A stretch of 64,000 nt of DNA from positions 1-64,000 of the forward strand of contig JAHLWR010000004.1 in the NCBI GenBank assembly GCA_019057815.1, written 5' to 3'. This DNA is from Candidatus Heimdallarchaeota archaeon. Lineage in GTDB: Archaea; Asgardarchaeota; Heimdallarchaeia; Heimdallarchaeales; Heimdallarchaeaceae. Made by a program: the position numbers and the translations under genes. A model generated the notes under the pieces. The model was not told the origin of the DNA. It saw only the letters and a program-made list of their open reading frames with translations, and searched no databases. This document shows positions 58,341 to 64,000 of this stretch, in pieces; position 1 is the first letter of the stretch; every line of letters starts with the position of its first letter.

Positions 58341-59405
58341 ATGACTATTAAAATCAATGAAGAATTTCTTAAAAAACTAGTAATAACCCCAAGAGCTACA
58401 GGATATGAGTTTCCAGCTCAAAAACTTATCAAATCTTATCTGGAAAAAGATGTTGATGAAATTTATAGCGATCGTGTTGGCAACTTATTTGCAGTTATTA
58501 ATCCAGAAAACCCTTTCAAAATTATGTTAGCTGGACATATTGATCAAATTGGATTTCAGATTTCTTATATAGATGACCAAGGTTATCTTTGGTTTCTACC
58601 CTTAGGTGGTTTTGACACTACCACATTACCTGGGAAACGCGTAAGAGTTATAGGAAAGAACGGTGAAAATCTGGGACTTATAGGAAAGAAAGCAGTACAT
58701 CTAATGAAACCAGAGGAAATGAAAAAAGCTCCGGAAATGGAAAAATTGTTTATTGACATTGGCTGTAAAAACAAAGATGAAGCAGAAGAAAAAGTGCAAG
58801 TAGGAGATTTTGCTGTTTTTGACTATGGATATAGTAGAATAGGTGATAATAATTATGCTATCGCTGCAGGTTTTGATGATTCTATCGGTTCCTTCATTAT
58901 TTGCGAAATTATGAAAGAGTTAGCAAAAGACAAGAATTTCTACGCTGGTGTTTACGGTGTTTCAACGGTTCAAGAAGAGATTGGTTTCCGTGGTGCTCAT
59001 GTTGCTGCTCGAAAGATTAACCCAGATGTTGGAATTGCTTTTGATGTAGGTTTTACAGCAGATGCCCCCGAAGTGGAGAAAAAAATGGTTGGTGATACCA
59101 AAATTGGTGAAGGACCTATTATATCCATTGGTCCAAATTTAAATCCTGAAGTAGTCAAAAGACTTATCGAAATAGCTGAAAAAAGCAAAATACCTTATCA
59201 GAAAAATGCGGCTAATAGGGGTACAGGAACAGACGCTAACGCAATTCAGCTAACAGGAGCAGCTACAGCCCTGATATCTATCCCAAATAGATACATGCAC
59301 ACTGCTTCGGAACTCATAAGTTTAGAAGATGTTGATAACATAGTTCAATTAACAGTGGAATTCATAAAATCAATAAAAGAGGAAGATAAGTTTCTTCCAT
59401 TTTAA
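58341..59405 (+). CDS. M42 (TET) aminopeptidase
   Basis: AGHIDQIG, FDD, QEEIGFRGA, GTDA, RYMHT. Confidence 0.93.
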   Translation: MTIKINEEFLKKLVITPRATGYEFPAQKLIKSYLEKDVDEIYSDRVGNLFAVINPENPFKIMLAGHIDQIGFQISYIDDQGYLWFLPLGGFDTTTLPGKRVRVIGKNGENLGLIGKKAVHLMKPEEMKKAPEMEKLFIDIGCKNKDEAEEKVQVGDFAVFDYGYSRIGDNNYAIAAGFDDSIGSFIICEIMKELAKDKNFYAGVYGVSTVQEEIGFRGAHVAARKINPDVGIAFDVGFTADAPEVEKKMVGDTKIGEGPIISIGPNLNPEVVKRLIEIAEKSKIPYQKNAANRGTGTDANAIQLTGAATALISIPNRYMHTASELISLEDVDNIVQLTVEFIKSIKEEDKFLPF

Positions 59406-59412
59406 TTCTTCT

Positions 59413-60249
59413 TTATTCAATGAGCATGGTTAGGTCAAAGTTTTTCACTGTGTGAGTAAGAGCTCCTGATGAGATCACATCTACTCCCTCAATCGCGTAT
59501 AATTCTACATTTTCAAAATTAATATTCCCACTTAATTCTATTAGAACGGAAGGATTAACATTCTTAATTGCTGGGATAACAAGTTTAACATTAACAGGTT
59601 TGAAATTGTCCAACATAATTATATCAGCACCTGCAGAAGCTGCTTCCAAAGCTTCTTCTTTGTTTTTGACTTCAACTTCGATTTTTTTACTAAAACTTGT
59701 CTTGCTTTTTGCTTTTTCTATTGCTTCAGTTATAGATTTGAACATCTTCAAATGGTTTTCTTTCAAAAGGATCATATCAGAGAGATTAAAACGATGCGTG
59801 TCCCCTCCACCTTTTGAGATTGCATACTTGTCGTATTTTGCTAACCCAGGAGCTGTTTTTCTTGTTGCACAAATTCTAATGTTTGGGTTATACTGTTTAG
59901 TAATATTAATCATTAGGTCTGTTTGAGTAGCAATACCGGATAATCTACCTAAAATGTTCAGAGACAATCTTTCTATCTGTAACAATGAATGGATATTTCC
60001 TGTGAAAGAAACAATAGGTGTTTTATTAGCTACTTTGGACCCCTCTTCTACGAGAAGTTTTATTTCTGTTCCTACCATTTCAAAAGCTCTCTCAACTAAA
60101 AACAAACCTGCGATTATACCTTCTTGTTTAGCAAAAATTTGCCCTTTAGCTTTATAATTAGGTAATAAAGATGTAGTAATGTCCCAAAGAGGGATGTCTT
60201 CTGCAAGCCATCTTTTAAGATCTTCATCAATAAGAATTTGCGGAATCAT
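59413..60249 (-). CDS. nadC: Nicotinate-nucleotide pyrophosphorylase
   Basis: ATRKTAPG, HRFNLSD, KENH, EVEV, IMLDN, SGNI, GALTH. Confidence 0.96.
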   Translation of the reverse strand: MIPQILIDEDLKRWLAEDIPLWDITTSLLPNYKAKGQIFAKQEGIIAGLFLVERAFEMVGTEIKLLVEEGSKVANKTPIVSFTGNIHSLLQIERLSLNILGRLSGIATQTDLMINITKQYNPNIRICATRKTAPGLAKYDKYAISKGGGDTHRFNLSDMILLKENHLKMFKSITEAIEKAKSKTSFSKKIEVEVKNKEEALEAASAGADIIMLDNFKPVNVKLVIPAIKNVNPSVLIELSGNINFENVELYAIEGVDVISSGALTHTVKNFDLTMLIE

Positions 60250-60267
60250 TGTGAATCTTTCGTGAGT

Positions 60268-61293
60268 TTAGTATTTCAGCATTCTGATTACTGCTTTATG
60301 TGCTCTCCTTCTAATATTTTCATCCAATGTGATATAATTCTCTTCTTTGGGATTTTCAAGAGCTTGAAGTATAGATACTAAGTCGTTTTCTTTCATGTTT
60401 GGACAGATCATATTACTGTCTACGAGATTTAAATGAGGATATTCAACTTTCATTCTGTCAATAAATCCTTGCTCAGTTAGAAAGAGTATTTTTTTGGATG
60501 AGGGTGCTTCATTCAAAAATCTGTGCATATCTCCTGTTCCACCTGTTTTAGTTGAGGATTTTACAATCTCAGGTCTGCATTCCAAATGTGAAAAAGAGAT
60601 AACTTCGTTATCATTAAGTTCTTGTTCAAATTTTCTAGGTGATATTGCGTGATGAGTCCTACAATATCCTTCCCAAGTTATTACTTTTTTACCTGTTATT
60701 CTAGCCAAATTCTCCCCCATGTTTTTGTCAGGTAAGTAAATTATTGTATCACTCTCTAATGATTCAATTATTTTTTTTGCATTGGTTGATGTGCAACAAA
60801 TATCTGATTCTGCTTTTACATCTGCTGTTGTATTAACATAGCAAACTATAGGGACTCCAGGATATTCTAGTTTGAGCTTTTTAACATTCTCACCGGTTAT
60901 AGAATCAGCAAGAGTGCATCCAACTCCTCTTGTAGGAACTAAAACGGTCTTTTGAGGGCTCAGAATCTTGACTGTTTCAGCCATAAAATCTACACCAGTA
61001 AAAAGAATAGTGTTTTCCTCAACTTCTGTTGCTTTCTTTGATAATCCTAAAGAGTCTCCAACAATATCTGCAACTCCAAAAAGAATATCTGCGGTTTGAT
61101 AGGAATGGGCTAAAATCTTAACGCCCTTTTCCTTTTTTAACTTGTTAATCTTTAGTGTAATTGGAGCAAGTTTCTCGCAAACCTGTTTACTCCAGCCTAA
61201 GAGACTTAATTTTGAATAGAGACGATCAGATTCTTGTCTAAGTTTCTCAGAGAAACATTGTTGTTGTGATGTAGCTTTTTCCGCAATGAGCAT
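60268..61293 (-). CDS. nadA: Quinolinate synthase
   Basis: LAHSYQ, GDSL, FMAE, GCTLA, YVNT, CTSTNA, C..H, HLEC, CPNMK. Confidence 0.95.
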   Translation of the reverse strand: MLIAEKATSQQQCFSEKLRQESDRLYSKLSLLGWSKQVCEKLAPITLKINKLKKEKGVKILAHSYQTADILFGVADIVGDSLGLSKKATEVEENTILFTGVDFMAETVKILSPQKTVLVPTRGVGCTLADSITGENVKKLKLEYPGVPIVCYVNTTADVKAESDICCTSTNAKKIIESLESDTIIYLPDKNMGENLARITGKKVITWEGYCRTHHAISPRKFEQELNDNEVISFSHLECRPEIVKSSTKTGGTGDMHRFLNEAPSSKKILFLTEQGFIDRMKVEYPHLNLVDSNMICPNMKENDLVSILQALENPKEENYITLDENIRRRAHKAVIRMLKY

Positions 61294-61580
61294 TTGATCT
61301 CGGTTTATCTATCTTCTACAGTATTTAAAGAAAGTTCGATATGGGAAAGAAAGGGAGAGTATATTCCTTAAAACCCATTCCAATTGACTAGAACTGAATA
61401 ATGCATCTATCACTAAAACTATTTGAAGCAATATTTACCTCTATTATTGTTAGAAATAGCAATACATAAAGGCCTTACGTATGTGGGTGTGATATAACAC
61501 TCATTTATATAATTCTGTTTTTTATATGTTTTTTTGAAGGAAATAACTACCTTAAAGCCCAATAGAGAGATGTTGGAAAA

Positions 61581-61600
61581 CTATTTAACCTTATAAATAG
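61581..61600. promoter_or_regulatory. Palindrome overlapping TATA box, candidate operator
   Basis: CTATTTA-N6-TAAATAG about 30 bp upstream of the NADK-wHTH gene. Confidence 0.45.
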
Positions 61601-61631
61601 ATATGAGTATAGAATCATTGAGTTATTCAAC

Positions 61632-62681
61632 ATGAAGATAGCATTATACATTACTGAGGATACGAATTATGTTGAACTAGCTAATACTATTAAGAAAACT
61701 ATTTTGGCAATTAATCCAGAAACAATATTGATAGAAATAGCAGATAAGCACTTATCTACTAATAATTGGTTAGAAACGTCAAATTTATTTCCAAAAAATG
61801 ATCTCAAATGCATTATAGCAGTAGGTGATACTGGAACCTTTCTTCGAGCAATATTTCATATGCGTTCCAATATTCCAGTAATAGCAGCTTCAATAGAAAA
61901 GATCAGTTTCTTTACAGAGATAACACCAAACAACTTGTATGAAGCGCTTCAAGCTATATTAACTGATAAGTATTTTATTGATCAGTATAATAGAATTGAG
62001 ATTAGAGATCCAAGAAGTAAGATTGCTTTTTCAGCATTAAACGAGATAGCTATATTCCCTAATGAATCAGCTCGTTTAATGAACTATACTTTAGTAATCG
62101 ATGATGATGTGCTTTACAGGTCTTGTAGAGCTGATGGTCTAATAGTATCAACAGCTTTAGGGAGCACAGGATATGCATTATCTTCAGGGGGGCCAATAGC
62201 GTATGGTGATCCAGAAATATTAATTGTAATTCCAGTAAATCCACTCGATAAAGATCATAGTCCTGTTGTTGTACCAATAAATTCAGTAATTAAAATAATT
62301 AATGTTGAAGCACGTTCATCGCTAGGTTTGATTCTAGATGGACAATTAAGGATCCCAATAGAAGAAGAAGTAAGTATAAGAAAATCGAACATTTCTGTAG
62401 GAATAGTAAGATTTGAATCGAAAAGAAATCTAATGGCTAGACTCAGAAAAAGGCTAGTAGAACAGGATTTACGCCTTCTAGAAGGTGTTCCGCCATCAGC
62501 TAAATATATTTTTAAACTACTTTTAACAGAAGGAGAGATGACACAAAAGGAATTAATCGAGAGTACGGGATTACCAAATAGAACAGTACGAAATGCACTA
62601 AGAATACTGAAGGAAAAAGGGGTTATAATGCAAAGAGCTTATTTGAAAGACGCTCGTCAATCGATTTATTTTGTATCATGA
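61632..62681 (+). CDS. NAD-kinase-like domain fused to C-terminal winged helix
   Basis: ALNE, ADGLIVSTALGSTGYALSSGGP, DGQ; PPSAKYIFKLL...TQKEL..TGLPNRTVRNAL..L...DARQ..Y; GGDGT replaced by GDTGT. Confidence 0.88.
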   Translation: MKIALYITEDTNYVELANTIKKTILAINPETILIEIADKHLSTNNWLETSNLFPKNDLKCIIAVGDTGTFLRAIFHMRSNIPVIAASIEKISFFTEITPNNLYEALQAILTDKYFIDQYNRIEIRDPRSKIAFSALNEIAIFPNESARLMNYTLVIDDDVLYRSCRADGLIVSTALGSTGYALSSGGPIAYGDPEILIVIPVNPLDKDHSPVVVPINSVIKIINVEARSSLGLILDGQLRIPIEEEVSIRKSNISVGIVRFESKRNLMARLRKRLVEQDLRLLEGVPPSAKYIFKLLLTEGEMTQKELIESTGLPNRTVRNALRILKEKGVIMQRAYLKDARQSIYFVS

Positions 62682-62904
62682 GTTCATTTAAGTAAAAAAG
62701 TAAAAAAAGTGATTTAGTATTTCTAGAACTATACTAAAAAGGTGGAAAAGAAACCATCTAGATCTTCTTTGATATAATACTTATATAAGTCGATGTTTGA
62801 TTCTCACGAAAATTTTTCTGCATTCAACAAGATAGAATTTATTTTAAAACAAAACCATTGTGGCTAAGAGTATATAAGAATAAAAAAGAAGGAATAGCTG
62901 TTAC

Positions 62905-64000
62905 TTATTCTATTTTTAGTCTTTTTCGAGAGAGTAATATTAGGAGTAGCAAAGGAACTACTACTATTAATAGAGTAAATGTGAAAAATATTTGAGTTTC
63001 ATCTGTAGAATATTCGACAGGTTCGTCAAGAGGGTAAAGATCGAATGAACTTGCAGAACCATAAATAGAATAATTACCTATCCCTGACCAATCTGACCAA
63101 AAATTGCCTTCTGAAGTTTCAGTATCATACCATGTATTGTTTGTTCCAGAATCATGTGCTTGGGAAGTTCTTCCTAGATTATTGTCTACAAAGGTATTAT
63201 GGTGAATGATGTTATTATCAGAATCAGACAAGGAGTCGACACCATAGCGTTCATTTTCTTGTAGAAGATTGTAAGTAACGACACAAAAATCAGAAGACGC
63301 AAGAAAGATGCCATATCTGTTATTATTGCAACTGTTGTTTAAAATAGTGGAACTCCCAGAATAGTGAAGCTTGATGCCTATGTAGTTGTTGTTACACGTG
63401 TTGTTTTCAACCTTCGCACTCCCAGAAGAGTAAAGAGAGATGCCGTTCCAGTAGTTGTTGTTGCATGTGTTGTTTACAATAACTGAATATGTACAGTAGT
63501 AGAGAAATAAACCAGTTGTAGCGTGATTTAATATTTGGTCACGTACTGTCACACTAGTACAGTTGACTAACATCAGCTGCCCATAGACTGGTTCAGCAAT
63601 TATTGTAGAGTCAAGGTTTATGTAAAAACCTATTTTTTTCCCATTCACCCAATTATTCTCGACAGTATACGATAGATAAGCATCAATGGTATATTCCCTT
63701 ATCTCTAAGCCACAATTAGTAAAAGTGTTGTTTGCCACAGTAGCTCTACCAGAAAGCCAAAGAGAGATGCCCTCGTCATTGTTGTTGCACGTGTTGTTGA
63801 TGATAGTAGAACTACCAGAATTCTTAAGCCTGATGCCTTTCCAGTTGTTATTGCACATGTTGCTTATCACCGTCACACTCACAGAATCCTCAAGCCAGAT
63901 GCCTTCGTTATTGTTGTTTTCGCACGAGTTGCTTATCACCGTAGAATTACCAGAAGACTCAAGATAGATACCACCGTACCTGTTGTTGCTGCAAGTATTG
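62905..64000 (-). CDS. NosD/beta-helix repeat surface protein (5' truncated by window end)
   Basis: NNTCNNN repeats continue in frame to the window edge; VNGK, GNFWSD, DLYPL, C-terminal TM + basic tail. Confidence 0.82.
   Translation of the reverse strand, partial: NTCSNNRYGGIYLESSGNSTVISNSCENNNNEGIWLEDSVSVTVISNMCNNNWKGIRLKNSGSSTIINNTCNNNDEGISLWLSGRATVANNTFTNCGLEIREYTIDAYLSYTVENNWVNGKKIGFYINLDSTIIAEPVYGQLMLVNCTSVTVRDQILNHATTGLFLYYCTYSVIVNNTCNNNYWNGISLYSSGSAKVENNTCNNNYIGIKLHYSGSSTILNNSCNNNRYGIFLASSDFCVVTYNLLQENERYGVDSLSDSDNNIIHHNTFVDNNLGRTSQAHDSGTNNTWYDTETSEGNFWSDWSGIGNYSIYGSASSFDLYPLDEPVEYSTDETQIFFTFTLLIVVVPLLLLILLSRKRLKIE

Noticed and set aside
1-64000. CRISPR array, cas genes or rRNA
   Set aside because: No regularly spaced repeats or rRNA-like segments seen; the Cas12f-like protein has transposon ends, not an array
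1-64000. Short antisense/overlapping ORFs in the track (e.g. 1983-2180, 6377-6739, 16301-16627, 45145-45534, 59600-59926)
   Set aside because: Shadows of longer, motif-supported genes
62905-64000. DGR target suggested by AAC-rich repeats
   Set aside because: No reverse transcriptase and no template/variable repeat pair with adenine-specific mismatches; Asn ladders explain the codons

Overview
AT-rich (roughly 30-35% GC, estimated by eye), gene-dense archaeal chromosome segment, most likely from an Asgard archaeon of the Heimdallarchaeia. Support: an intron-containing tRNA with a bulge-helix-bulge motif, LonB, a class I CCA-enzyme/ThpR/RNase Z/Trm11 cluster, an ARPC4-like protein and a PGF/Heimdall-CTERM-type anchor. 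Most genes are housekeeping: TldD/E, Dus, three radical SAM enzymes, PolB, LarA, IscS/IscU, nadA/nadC, transporters and two-component genes. Notable points: (1) two TnpB-only elements of about 1.42 kb from different TnpB clades. Each splits a gene, has AT at both junctions and carries subterminal inverted repeats symmetric about that AT; a ~130 bp MITE-like copy of one end pair is also present. This suggests a non-canonical (non-Y1) way of mobilising TnpB. (2) A highly structured, pseudoknotted candidate ncRNA (about 35340-35760) with its own TATA box, directly downstream of a catalytically degenerate CCA-adding enzyme homologue. (3) An NAD-kinase/wHTH fusion with a broken GGDG motif, divergent from nadA-nadC, a candidate new NAD-sensing regulator. 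(4) Eukaryote-like proteins: ARPC4, a receiver/longin(uDENN)-like fusion and a C2H2 zinc-finger protein. (5) Other apparent pseudo-enzymes: an exonuclease-degenerate PolB and a SufS homologue lacking the PLP lysine. All family assignments come from motif recognition by eye; no searches were run.
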